Shown: one piece after another, positions 29,656-39,250 of the stretch
How the letters are laid out: every line of letters starts with the position of its first letter
Numbering within the stretch: position 1 is the stretch's first letter
Source of the DNA: Spirochaetia bacterium
GTDB lineage: Bacteria > Spirochaetota > Spirochaetia > DSM-16054 > Sediminispirochaetaceae
Direction of reading: 5' to 3'
Length of the DNA stretch: 64,000 nt
NCBI GenBank assembly: GCA_034520965.1
Contig: JAXHMY010000008.1
Span: 160,001 to 224,000, forward strand
Notes under the pieces: generated by a model
The model's database searches: none
What the model saw: only the letters and a program-made list of their open reading frames with translations
Told to the model about the DNA's origin: nothing
Program-made: the position numbers and the translations under genes

Positions 29656-30384
29656 ATGGCTGAGCGACGCAGAAAAAAGAAATGTCCTCCCGAGGGCGCG
29701 CCGGAGTGGATGACCACATACGGCGACATGGTAACTCTGCTGCTCACCTTCTTCGTAATGATGTATACAACCGCCACGGTAGATGGAGCTAAAATCCAAC
29801 TGATCCTGGCGGCGTTTAACGGATTGGGCTTGCGCTCCGGGGGTACAACCTTACAGGCAACCGGTCAGCTTGCGGATATGGGAAATACGGTTATGTCCTT
29901 GCCTTCAGCACAGAAAGGCCGGGCTTTGGATGAAGCACGCAAGAAAGCGGTGAGTATGTTTCAGCCGGAGATTAAAACCAAGAAGGTTCAGGTGAAAGAG
30001 GATGAACGTGGACTGGTCATTAGTTTAGCGGCGGACGCCTTTTTTGAACCTGCCAGTGCCGAGGTGAGGATAGAGGAGAGTCGGGATGTTCTTGAGCGGG
30101 TTTCTAACCTGCTTATATCGATGGAGGGCTATAAGTTCCGAATTGAGGGACATACCGATTCGATGCCAACTGACCCACAGGGACAATGGCGTACCAACTG
30201 GGAACTATCCACCGCCCGGGCTACCAACGTACTCCACTATTTAGTGGATTTTGGTGTATCTGAAGACAATTTCCAAGTGGCCGGCTTCGCCGACACGGTT
30301 CCTATCGCCGCCGAAGAGACGGAAGAGGGACGTTCTTATAACCGACGGGTGGATATTATTGTACTGTCGGAGGGACATTTATAG
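29656..30384 (+). CDS. motB: flagellar stator protein MotB
   Basis: WMTTYGDMVTLLL (essential Asp24); OmpA-like domain IEGHTD, NWELSTARA, NRRVDI. Confidence 0.96.
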   Translation: MAERRRKKKCPPEGAPEWMTTYGDMVTLLLTFFVMMYTTATVDGAKIQLILAAFNGLGLRSGGTTLQATGQLADMGNTVMSLPSAQKGRALDEARKKAVSMFQPEIKTKKVQVKEDERGLVISLAADAFFEPASAEVRIEESRDVLERVSNLLISMEGYKFRIEGHTDSMPTDPQGQWRTNWELSTARATNVLHYLVDFGVSEDNFQVAGFADTVPIAAEETEEGRSYNRRVDIIVLSEGHL

Positions 30385-30385
30385 T

Positions 30386-30414
30386 TTGCAATAAACTGAT
30401 TCTTTTGATAGAAT
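30386..30414 (+). promoter_or_regulatory. internal sigma70-like promoter upstream of fliL
   Basis: TTGCAA (30386-30391), 17-nt spacer, extended -10 TGnTAGAAT (30406-30414); fills the motB-fliL gap. Confidence 0.65.
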
Positions 30415-30439
30415 TTTACTGATACTACAGGAGCTGAGT

Positions 30440-30991
30440 ATGGGAGATGAAGAGGTCTTTTCGGAAGAAGAGGTTGCCGGGGGAGCAGCAGAAGAAGAAG
30501 CGGGGGGAAGTCGAAGATTAATACCCGCGTTTGTACTTAAAATACTCAAATGGGTTGCCCTGGGTTTGGCGGCAATTATCTTTATCGTGACGGTGGTGGT
30601 AATTACTGTGAGCCTCATGAATCAAGGCCCCCAAAGCGCAGCGTATCCGTCTGCTTCTGAAGAGTATCAGGGTTCGGTAGAGATCCTTTCTTGGTATGAT
30701 ATACCGGAAATACGGACTCGGACATCCGATGAAAATCCGTATACGGTAATAGTCGATCCGAAATTGGGTTATGAAAGTGAAAGCAAGAAGATTCAAACTG
30801 AATTAATTGCACGTCGGGAGCAAATTATTGATATGATGCGCCGCTATTTTTCAAGACGTACTGCCAGTGAGTTAGCACCGCAGTATGAAGATGAAATTAA
30901 GGCTGAACTGGAAGAACAGATCAATCGTATAATGAACAGCAAAGGTATCGAGGATATAGTGTTTCTGCAGTTCAACGTGGTAGAGTTTTAG
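30440..30991 (+). CDS. fliL: flagellar basal body-associated protein FliL
   Basis: Single TM helix plus periplasmic domain ending IEDIVFLQF; between motB and fliM. Confidence 0.88.
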   Translation: MGDEEVFSEEEVAGGAAEEEAGGSRRLIPAFVLKILKWVALGLAAIIFIVTVVVITVSLMNQGPQSAAYPSASEEYQGSVEILSWYDIPEIRTRTSDENPYTVIVDPKLGYESESKKIQTELIARREQIIDMMRRYFSRRTASELAPQYEDEIKAELEEQINRIMNSKGIEDIVFLQFNVVEF

Positions 30992-31020
30992 AAGAGGAAG
31001 AGGGTGAGGATGAGAACGGT

Positions 31021-32052
31021 ATGAATGAAGTTTTGTCGCAGGATGAAATAGATCAACTACTCACGGCAATATCCACCGGTGAAATAGAGAGTGAAGCCTC
31101 AGCACCGGCTGCACAGGATCAGCGTAAGATCAAGATCTATGATTTTAAACGTCCCGACAAATTTTCTAAAGAGCAAATCCGAACCGTCTCAATCATGCAC
31201 GAAACTTTTGCACGGCTTACAACAACCGCGCTTTCCGCTCAGCTGCGGAGCATGGTTCATGTGCATGTGGCTTCGGTAGATCAGTTAACCTATGAAGAAT
31301 TTATCCGTTCGATACCGAATCCGACTACCCTTGGGATAATAAATATGGATCCTCTCAAGGGTTCAGCTATTTTGGAAATAGATCCTGCCATTACCTTTTC
31401 AGTTATTGATCGCCTGTTCGGCGGCCAGGGAGAAGGTACCAAGGTGAACCGTGATCTTACCGATATAGAGCAATCGGTAATGGAAGGAATTATTGTCCGG
31501 ATATTGGGAAACTTGCGAGAAGCCTGGAGCCAGGTAATTGACTTGCGCCCCCGTTTGGGACAGATCGAAACCAATCCGCAGTTTGCGCAGATTGTACCGC
31601 CGACAGAGATGGTGGTGCTGGTTACGTTAGAGACGAAGGTCGGGGAAGTTGAGGGAATGATGAACTTCTGTATTCCCTACCTGACTATCGAACCGATTAT
31701 CTCCAAACTATCGGCTCAGTATATGTACTCGTCGGTACGGAGCGGGGCGACAACTGAAAACCTGAATATATTGAAAGATCGACTTTCGAATATTGAGGTT
31801 TCAGTGGTTGCAGAGGTCGGTAGTATGCAGCTTACGGTACGTGATGTGCTTGCTCTGCGGCAGGGCGATGTAATTCGATTTCCGAATGTACAGACCAAGG
31901 ATGCAATGACGATGAAAATAGGCAACCGCAAAAAGTTTCTCTGCCGGCCTGGAATAATGGCAAATAAGGTAGCGGTGCAGATAACTGAAAAACTAGAAGA
32001 TATTACTAAAGACGAGTTTGAAGAGCTCGTAGCGGAAGAAGGAGAAGAGTAA
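31021..32052 (+). CDS. fliM: flagellar motor switch protein FliM
   Basis: LSQDEIDQLL CheY-binding peptide, YDFKRPDKFSKEQ, GGQG, ETNPQF. Confidence 0.97.
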   Translation: MNEVLSQDEIDQLLTAISTGEIESEASAPAAQDQRKIKIYDFKRPDKFSKEQIRTVSIMHETFARLTTTALSAQLRSMVHVHVASVDQLTYEEFIRSIPNPTTLGIINMDPLKGSAILEIDPAITFSVIDRLFGGQGEGTKVNRDLTDIEQSVMEGIIVRILGNLREAWSQVIDLRPRLGQIETNPQFAQIVPPTEMVVLVTLETKVGEVEGMMNFCIPYLTIEPIISKLSAQYMYSSVRSGATTENLNILKDRLSNIEVSVVAEVGSMQLTVRDVLALRQGDVIRFPNVQTKDAMTMKIGNRKKFLCRPGIMANKVAVQITEKLEDITKDEFEELVAEEGEE

Positions 32053-33194
32053 TGAGTGATGGTTCTCTCTCTCAAGATGAAATTGATGCTTTATTACAGG
32101 GAAGCAGCATGGATTTGGGCGGTCAGGACGCTTCCTCATCCGGAGGGGGTGGAAATGCCGGGCTTTCGGAACAGGAAAAGCAGCAGTTTGCCCAAATATT
32201 AGGTCAGATTGTGCAGTCCCAGGGTTCTAATCTCTCAGGTATGATTGGTGAAACAGTAACTTTACGCACACCATCTATTGAACTTGTTGCGGGTGATAGT
32301 GCCGGGCAAGGCTTGTCCGATAATATGGTCGAGATTCAGATAGATTTCTCAGAAGGTCTTAGCGGTTTTCACTCATATTTGCTGCCAAATGAAGCTGCTA
32401 CCACCATTGCCGGTAAAATGATGGGGCAGACAGAGGTAGAGTTGAACGAGGCTGCCTTATCAGCATTGGAAGAAGCCGGTAATACTCTGGCAGGGTCGGC
32501 GGCCACCAGTATTGGTGATGTGATCGGTACAACCGTAATGACCTCACCGGGCAGTACTAAAACCGTGTCTAATGCAGATGTTCAAGGCCCCAGTGGTCAG
32601 GCGGTCAAGGCGACCTATTCTCTTAAGATAGATGACGAACAAGAGACCAGCCTGGTAGAGCTGTTTGATCTATCGGTAGTCAAGTCAATCCTCCAGGCCG
32701 GCAGCGGCGGCCAGCAAGCGGCCGCACAGCCACAGCAAACAGGACAGATGGCTGGTCAGCAGGTGCAGCAGCAGGCAATGGGGAATCAGCAAATGGGAGG
32801 CGGCCAGATGTGGGGCGGCCAAGCATCCTTCGGCGGTCAGTCTGCAGCTGGTACCCAGGGAATGGGTGGAGGCGGAGCAAATGTGCAAGCGGTTCAATTT
32901 CCTAATCTAAACCCCCAGTCGGGCGGTTCCGAGCAGGGGAATATCGGTCTGTTGATGGATGTATACATGGAGATGACGGTAGAACTGGGACGAACCCGTC
33001 GTCTTATAAAAGATATTCTAGGCATGGGCGAGGGTACCATCATCGAGCTGGATAAACTGGCCGGCGAACCTGTTGATATCCTTGTAAACCATAAACTTAT
33101 TGCCCGGGGAGAGGTAGTAGTTATTGATGAAAACTTCGGAGTACGTGTCACCGAGATCGTATCTCCGTTGGACAGGGTTGAAGGTATGACATAA
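32052..33194 (+). CDS. fliY: flagellar motor switch protein FliY (CheC-like domain plus FliN domain)
   Basis: LSQDEIDALL, CheC-like middle domain with EAGN, Q/G-rich linker, SpoA/FliN domain (GEVVVIDENFGVR). Confidence 0.9.
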   Translation: MSDGSLSQDEIDALLQGSSMDLGGQDASSSGGGGNAGLSEQEKQQFAQILGQIVQSQGSNLSGMIGETVTLRTPSIELVAGDSAGQGLSDNMVEIQIDFSEGLSGFHSYLLPNEAATTIAGKMMGQTEVELNEAALSALEEAGNTLAGSAATSIGDVIGTTVMTSPGSTKTVSNADVQGPSGQAVKATYSLKIDDEQETSLVELFDLSVVKSILQAGSGGQQAAAQPQQTGQMAGQQVQQQAMGNQQMGGGQMWGGQASFGGQSAAGTQGMGGGGANVQAVQFPNLNPQSGGSEQGNIGLLMDVYMEMTVELGRTRRLIKDILGMGEGTIIELDKLAGEPVDILVNHKLIARGEVVVIDENFGVRVTEIVSPLDRVEGMT

Positions 33195-33255
33195 TCTTTA
33201 GCCTGAACATATAACATATTTTAACGGCGAGCGATGCAGATAATTGGGAGGGGAC

Positions 33256-34050
33256 GTGAAACACGTATTTATTATCATCGCCTTGTCCGGAGTGTTGTTT
33301 CTTTGTGGGTTACCCGTGTGGTCACAGACCGCTGCGGGATCAGAAAATGACACATCCGTACAAAGTGCCGCAGAAGAACAAGGTGCGACTCAAAGCACAA
33401 ATGGTGAAGCTGCGGATCAGGAAAACACCGACACGGCACGGCCGTCGGCGGTGAATGAAGAAGAACTTGAAATATTAGACACACAATCACCACAAGTAGA
33501 GCTTGAGGAAGGTCTCAATACCTTCACTGTGTGGGATTTTTTGCGCATGGTGTTGGTTTTGGGCGGAGTTATTGCCGCTATCTACGGGATCTTTTTTCTG
33601 CTGAAGCGGGTAGGTAATCCACGGGCCCAGCCTGATAGTCTGATCAATGTACTTTCAACTCAAAACTTACAGGGGAATCGTTCTCTTCATTTGGTCGAAG
33701 TCGGGAATGAGGTCTTTCTAGTTGGTTCTGCCGAAGGTGGGGTACAGTTGGTTTCACGGATAGAGGAAAGTGAGACACTGGATGCCATCCATCTGTACCG
33801 GTCGCAGCTTAGTGCCGGAACCCAAACTTTTCAGAACACCCTGAAAGGGATTTTCTCAAAAACCTCAGCCCCTAATGGGCAGGGGCCAAGTGGAGATCCT
33901 GCAACCGCAACAGCCGGCGCAGCTGGGAATACAGCCGGATCCAGCGGTGGTACTACAGGGACAGGTGGGTCGCAGAGGACACAGAGTAACAGTATGAACG
34001 GCAGTGCACTCTTCCTGCAGCAGCAGCGTGAACGATTGAAGAAGCTGTGA
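33256..34050 (+). CDS. fliO: flagellar biosynthesis protein FliO/FliZ
   Basis: Signal-like N-terminus, TM helix, LQGNRSLHLVEVGNEVFLVG motif; precedes fliP. Confidence 0.85.
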   Translation: MKHVFIIIALSGVLFLCGLPVWSQTAAGSENDTSVQSAAEEQGATQSTNGEAADQENTDTARPSAVNEEELEILDTQSPQVELEEGLNTFTVWDFLRMVLVLGGVIAAIYGIFFLLKRVGNPRAQPDSLINVLSTQNLQGNRSLHLVEVGNEVFLVGSAEGGVQLVSRIEESETLDAIHLYRSQLSAGTQTFQNTLKGIFSKTSAPNGQGPSGDPATATAGAAGNTAGSSGGTTGTGGSQRTQSNSMNGSALFLQQQRERLKKL

Positions 34051-34064
34051 TGCGGGGGGTAAGA

Positions 34065-34850
34065 ATGAACAAACGTATCTTGCTGTTAATTATTATCTTA
34101 GTTCTACAATTGCTTGCCGTTGGTTCTGTCTTTGGACAGGAAGCGGTAGCTGAGACTGATCAAGGTTTGAATATTCCCTTTATCGATATTACCGTTCAGG
34201 AGCCGCAGAACAATCAAGAGGTGGCACTCAGTTTGCAGATTCTCCTGCTGCTGGCCGTCATAACACTCTCCCCTTCAATCCTCATTCTTACAACTAGCTT
34301 TCTGAGAATTGCAATAGTGCTGGATTTTATTCGTCGCGCCCTTTCTTTGCAGCAAGTCCCGCCGAACCAGGTGCTGATGGGGATTGCCTTGTTTATGACC
34401 CTTTTTATAATGTGGCCAACCTTTGATGAAGTGTACCAAAGCTCATTTAAGCCTTTTGCCGAGGGAGAAATCGGAATAGAGGAGATGTACGAGGAAGGTA
34501 TTTCACCTCTGCGGATTTTTATGTACCGCCAGATGAATGACAACCACGAAATGATACAACTGTTTATGCGGATGCGCGGCCTGCCCAAGCCGGAGAATTT
34601 TGCGGAGGTTCCCACCTATGTTCTCGTACCGGCCTACATACTGCATGAGCTAACGGTTGCCTTCAAGATCGGAATTCTGCTGTTTATACCGTTTATTGTG
34701 ATCGATATGGTGGTTGCCTCTACCTTGATGTCCATGGGAATGATCATGCTGCCGCCTATTATGATCTCCCTTCCCTTTAAGATTATTTTATTCGTGCTGG
34801 TTGACGGCTGGGGCTTAATTACCCAGCAGCTTATACAGAGCTTTAGTTAA
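34065..34850 (+). CDS. fliP: flagellar export gate protein FliP
   Basis: TSFLRI, QQVPPNQVL, MGMIMLPP, LPFKIILFVLVDGW. Confidence 0.97.
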   Translation: MNKRILLLIIILVLQLLAVGSVFGQEAVAETDQGLNIPFIDITVQEPQNNQEVALSLQILLLLAVITLSPSILILTTSFLRIAIVLDFIRRALSLQQVPPNQVLMGIALFMTLFIMWPTFDEVYQSSFKPFAEGEIGIEEMYEEGISPLRIFMYRQMNDNHEMIQLFMRMRGLPKPENFAEVPTYVLVPAYILHELTVAFKIGILLFIPFIVIDMVVASTLMSMGMIMLPPIMISLPFKIILFVLVDGWGLITQQLIQSFS

Positions 34851-34873
34851 TTGATAAGACAAAGGAGGAGAAA

Positions 34874-35143
34874 ATGAGTATAGGAATGGCTGCCAATATT
34901 ATGCAGAGCGGTGTGTTTCAGGTTCTGCTTGTTGCAGCTCCCATGCTGATCATTGCCGTTACAGTTGGTTTGGTGATATCAATCTTTCAGGCAACCACCA
35001 GTATTCAGGAGCAAACTCTCACCTTCGTACCCAAGATTATTGCAATTTTGGGGAGTGTGGCCTTTTTCGGTCCCTGGATGCTGTCGTCAATGCAGCAGTA
35101 TACACTGAGACTTCTTGGGCTTATCTCACAGATGGGGGGCTAA
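34874..35143 (+). CDS. fliQ: flagellar export gate protein FliQ
   Basis: FQATTSIQEQTLTFVPK. Confidence 0.97.
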   Translation: MSIGMAANIMQSGVFQVLLVAAPMLIIAVTVGLVISIFQATTSIQEQTLTFVPKIIAILGSVAFFGPWMLSSMQQYTLRLLGLISQMGG

Positions 35144-35149
35144 ACAGAG

Positions 35150-35947
35150 GTGGATATAGACCTCATGGCGCAAAACGTCCAACTTTTACTCATTATTTTT
35201 GCGCGGATCTTCGCCATGCTCAGTATTGCACCCCTGCTCTCCTCTCAGGCAATTCCCGGAGTCGCCCGGGTTGCCCTGGGACTGTTTGCAGCGGTAATGG
35301 TTTTTCCCTGGGTCCTTGAGGCCGGGTACCCCATGCCGGGGACCGGCGTGCAATACATGTTTCTGTTAATCGGAGAAGTCTTAATAGGGATTAGTCTGGG
35401 TTTCAGTCTTACAGTCATTTATGCTGCTTTCCTAGTTGCCGGCCAGTATTTTTCGTTTCAAATGGGTTTCGGGGCCTCTCAGGTATACGACCCAATGGCA
35501 CAGGTACAGATTCCTCTGATGGGACAATTTCTGAATATGATTGCGATGTTTGTTTTTATCATTACCAATGGTTTTCAAAAGTTGTTTCTGGTCGGTATTT
35601 TACGTTCTTTTCAGGTTATGCGGGCTGTCGATATTATTGGCAGTCGAGATGAACTTATAACTTTAATACTCGGCAGTCTTACGGAACTTTTCAGACAGGC
35701 ACTTATCATCTCTTTTCCAATTCTGGGAACGCTGATGTTGGTATCGGTTGCAATGGGGCTGCTGGCCAAGGCTGCACCTCAGATGAACCTGCTTATGCTG
35801 GGCTTTCCCCTGAAAATTGGAGTTGCCTTTTTGATGATAACTATCACCATGCCTCTGCTGATGGAAGCCTTTGCCCGGATAATCGATGCCAGCTTTCTGG
35901 AAATAATGCGTTACCTGGCTGATGTAGAGCGGGGAGGTACGGTATGA
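35150..35947 (+). CDS. fliR: flagellar export gate protein FliR
   Basis: AGQYFSFQMGFG, KAAPQMNLLMLGFPLK. Confidence 0.96.
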   Translation: MDIDLMAQNVQLLLIIFARIFAMLSIAPLLSSQAIPGVARVALGLFAAVMVFPWVLEAGYPMPGTGVQYMFLLIGEVLIGISLGFSLTVIYAAFLVAGQYFSFQMGFGASQVYDPMAQVQIPLMGQFLNMIAMFVFIITNGFQKLFLVGILRSFQVMRAVDIIGSRDELITLILGSLTELFRQALIISFPILGTLMLVSVAMGLLAKAAPQMNLLMLGFPLKIGVAFLMITITMPLLMEAFARIIDASFLEIMRYLADVERGGTV

Positions 35948-37101
35948 ACGGCTGGTACGTTGCGGAAGAGTATTACCGCTCCCTTACTGCCCGCGGGGAG
36001 TCCCTCTTCAACATTCACTTGCAGTGGTTTGCTGCTGAAGATGAAGGCCGGACTGAGGAGCCGACTGAGCAGAAAATCAGAAAGGCCAGGGAAGATGGAA
36101 AGGTGGCCAAGAGCTCGGAGTTTACCTCCTCCCTGGTGCTGCTGTTTCCGATTATTGGAATCGGTATAATGGCGCCGCGAATGTTGGCTACTATGGAGGA
36201 GATGTTGGCCTATTTCCTGGAACTTTCCACTCAGCTTGATGTATCCAGGGAGGCGCAAATTGTACCGGCCTTTTTTAGCTATTATGCCCAGCTGGTTGCC
36301 CCGCCGGCACTGATTGCTTTTGCGGCTGCCCTGCTGGCGAATCTACTGCAGGTAGGGTTCCTATTTAGTACCAAACCAATTACTCCGGATTTTAGTAAAA
36401 TTGTACCTAACTTTCCCCGATTTTTGCAAAAGTCATTTTTTTCCGGCGAGGCCTTGTTTAATTTTTCAAAATCGATTTTCAAGGTAGTCATAATAGGTAT
36501 AATCGCTTACATAAACATACGGATGGAGTTGGACTTAATTATTCAGTTTGTCAACGCACCATACCAGTATTCCTTTGTTAATTTGGCCGGAATCGCCTTT
36601 CGAATATTAGTAGAGGCGGCGATAGCCCTGCTCCTGTTGTCATTGCCTGATTATCTGTTTCAAAAGAAACAGCATCGAGAGTCAATAAAAATGACCAAGC
36701 AGGAAGTGAAAGAGGAACGTAAAACCATGGAAGGTGATCCTCTGGTGCGGAGCCGGCTGCGCGAAAGGATGAGGGATATGCTGAATCAAAACATGATGCA
36801 GAATGTTCCCGAAGCGGATGTAGTGGTAACCAACCCGACTCACTTTGCCATTGGACTTGAGTGGAAGCAGGAGCGGATGAATGCACCTGTTGTAATTGCA
36901 AAGGGACAGGACAATATTGCACAACGTATCAAAGAAATTGCCCGGGAAAGCGAGGTGCCGATTATTGAGAATAAGCCCTTAGCCCGTGCTCTCTATAGTG
37001 AAGTGGAAATAGGTGATGAAATTCCGGAACAGTATTATGAGGTTATGGCAATTGTACTGTCGGAGGTATATCGAATGAAAGCACAGGAGCAGGTATCGTA
37101 A
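35944..37101 (+). CDS. flhB: flagellar export protein FlhB
   Basis: TEEPTEQKIRKAREDGKV, EGDP, NPTH autocleavage motif, VIAKG. Confidence 0.97.
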   Translation: MNGWYVAEEYYRSLTARGESLFNIHLQWFAAEDEGRTEEPTEQKIRKAREDGKVAKSSEFTSSLVLLFPIIGIGIMAPRMLATMEEMLAYFLELSTQLDVSREAQIVPAFFSYYAQLVAPPALIAFAAALLANLLQVGFLFSTKPITPDFSKIVPNFPRFLQKSFFSGEALFNFSKSIFKVVIIGIIAYINIRMELDLIIQFVNAPYQYSFVNLAGIAFRILVEAAIALLLLSLPDYLFQKKQHRESIKMTKQEVKEERKTMEGDPLVRSRLRERMRDMLNQNMMQNVPEADVVVTNPTHFAIGLEWKQERMNAPVVIAKGQDNIAQRIKEIARESEVPIIENKPLARALYSEVEIGDEIPEQYYEVMAIVLSEVYRMKAQEQVS

Positions 37102-37135
37102 GTGAAGCATTGTACACAGACTCAAGGAGATTATT

Positions 37136-39238
37136 ATGGCTGATATTTCCGGCACATTACGGGGTTCGCTGCTAAACGGAAGAAGCGATATAATGGTGGC
37201 AGTTGGTGTAATTGCAGTAATTGCTATGCTAATTATACCTCTGCCGGCCTTTATGCTGGATTTACTCATGGCCTCAAACCTGGTATTTAGTTTACTGGTG
37301 ATATTGATCGTGCTCTATACCCGCCGGGCGTTGGAGTTTTCTGTATTCCCGACTCTACTTCTGCTTTCAACAGTGTTTGGATTAGCCTTAAATGTAAGCT
37401 CTACCCGTCTCATTCTTTCCCAGGGCAGTGAGTTCGACGGCAAGATAGTAAAGGCTTTTGCTACGTTTGTGGTTGGTACTTCGGGAACCGAGGGGCTGGT
37501 CATTGGTTTTATTATATTCGTCATTTTAATTTCGGTACAGTTTATAGTTATTACCAAGGGCGCGACCCGAGTTGCAGAGGTAGCCGCACGGTTTACCCTG
37601 GATGCGCTGCCCGGAAAACAGATGGCGATTGAAGCTGCCTACAATTCCGGCTCATTGACCGAAGAAGAGGCCACCCGTCAGAAAAATGATCTGCAGCGGG
37701 AGGTTGATTTCTATGGTGCAATGGATGGTGCTTCTAAGTTTGTTTCTGGAAATGTGAAGGTCGGTATGCTGATCACTGCGATTAACATAGTCGGTGGTTT
37801 GATTGTCGGGACTACAATTCACGGAGAATCAATCGGATTGGCCGCCAATACCTATGTCTCGTTAACCGTCGGTGATGGTCTGGTTACCCAGTTTCCAGCC
37901 TTGTTTATTTCTACCGCCACCGGTCTAATAGTTACCAGGGCTATTTCCGACGGAACCTTTGGTTCGGATGTTTCAGAGCAGTTCAGTCAGCACTCGCGGG
38001 TCTATTGGATTGCAGCAATATTTCTGTTGTTTCTATCATTTTTACCCGGCTTTCCTTCTTTAGTTCTGCTTCCTCTTTCACTGTTGATTGGCTATCTGGC
38101 CTACCGGCTCTCCCGTAAGCAGATGGCGGAGCAAAGATCTGCCCGGGAGGCAGAAGAAACAGCTGCACCGGAGGAAGAACCTCAGGATGTATCTCCAATT
38201 GTGCCCTTGGATCCCCTTTCCTTGGAACTTGGATACGGGTTGATTCCGCTTGTTGATAAAGATCAAGGTGCGGAACTGCTGGATCGGATTACCCGCATAC
38301 GCCGCGAATCTGCACTGGAACTAGGCTTAGTAGTACCGCGTATAAGAATTATAGATAATATGCGTCTTGAACCAAGTGAATACAGTGTAAAGATCAAGGG
38401 AGTTGAAGTAGGCCGGGCTAAGCTGAAAACCGGCTTCTATCTGGCTATCAATCCGGGAGATGTAAGTGAAGAAATCGAGGGTGATAAGACAACCGATCCC
38501 GCCTTTGGCCTGCCGGCACTGTGGATTGACGATAGTAACCGTGAAGAGGCTGAACGGGCAGGTTATACGGTAGTCGACAGCCCGTCGATTATTGCTACCC
38601 ATCTCACAGAAATCATTAAACGACACGCCCATGAAATGCTCGGACGTCAGGAAGTGAAGTCAATTCTGGATACCCTGCGAGGTAACTATCCGGCGGTTGT
38701 GGATGATGTAAATAAATCATTGTCTCTGGGAGAAATGCAGAAAGTACTGCAAGGCTTATTGCAGGAACGGGTTTCAATCCGTAATATGGTGCCCATACTG
38801 GAGACACTGGCCGATTATGCACCAGTTTCCAACAATGTAACCTTTTTGGGGGAAAAAGCCCGGCAAGCTCTGGGAAGGCAGATTTGTCTTCAGTATGCTG
38901 ATGAGAATCGGGTGCTCCGGGTATTGACTATCAATCCGGAGCTTGAACAGGAAATTATTGATTCACGGGTCGATACAGCCCAGGGGCCGATTGCTTCACT
39001 GGAGCCTGAGAAGCACCGGGCATGGATCACTGCTGCCACCAATGCGGTTCATCAGGTACAGCAGCTGGGGTATATGCCGGTAATGCTATGCTCCGAGGCT
39101 GCCCGAAAGTTGGTTCGAAAGAGCCTGGAGCGTGATATACCCGATATCGCCGTTTTGTCCGTACCGGAGGTTGTTGCGGATATAACAACGGAAGGTCTGG
39201 GAGAAATAGTCCTGGATACCCAGGTACAGCAGTCATGA
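37136..39238 (+). CDS. flhA: flagellar export protein FlhA
   Basis: RVAEVAARFTLDALPGKQMAI, FYGAMDGASKFV, GDGLV. Confidence 0.98.
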   Translation: MADISGTLRGSLLNGRSDIMVAVGVIAVIAMLIIPLPAFMLDLLMASNLVFSLLVILIVLYTRRALEFSVFPTLLLLSTVFGLALNVSSTRLILSQGSEFDGKIVKAFATFVVGTSGTEGLVIGFIIFVILISVQFIVITKGATRVAEVAARFTLDALPGKQMAIEAAYNSGSLTEEEATRQKNDLQREVDFYGAMDGASKFVSGNVKVGMLITAINIVGGLIVGTTIHGESIGLAANTYVSLTVGDGLVTQFPALFISTATGLIVTRAISDGTFGSDVSEQFSQHSRVYWIAAIFLLFLSFLPGFPSLVLLPLSLLIGYLAYRLSRKQMAEQRSAREAEETAAPEEEPQDVSPIVPLDPLSLELGYGLIPLVDKDQGAELLDRITRIRRESALELGLVVPRIRIIDNMRLEPSEYSVKIKGVEVGRAKLKTGFYLAINPGDVSEEIEGDKTTDPAFGLPALWIDDSNREEAERAGYTVVDSPSIIATHLTEIIKRHAHEMLGRQEVKSILDTLRGNYPAVVDDVNKSLSLGEMQKVLQGLLQERVSIRNMVPILETLADYAPVSNNVTFLGEKARQALGRQICLQYADENRVLRVLTINPELEQEIIDSRVDTAQGPIASLEPEKHRAWITAATNAVHQVQQLGYMPVMLCSEAARKLVRKSLERDIPDIAVLSVPEVVADITTEGLGEIVLDTQVQQS

Positions 39239-39250
39239 AGAGGATAAGAT

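Noticed and set aside
33195..33240. dif-like site in the fliY-fliO spacer (AACATATAACATATTTTAAC)
   Set aside because: It lacks the TTATGTTAAA XerD arm and the 11-6-11 inverted layout.
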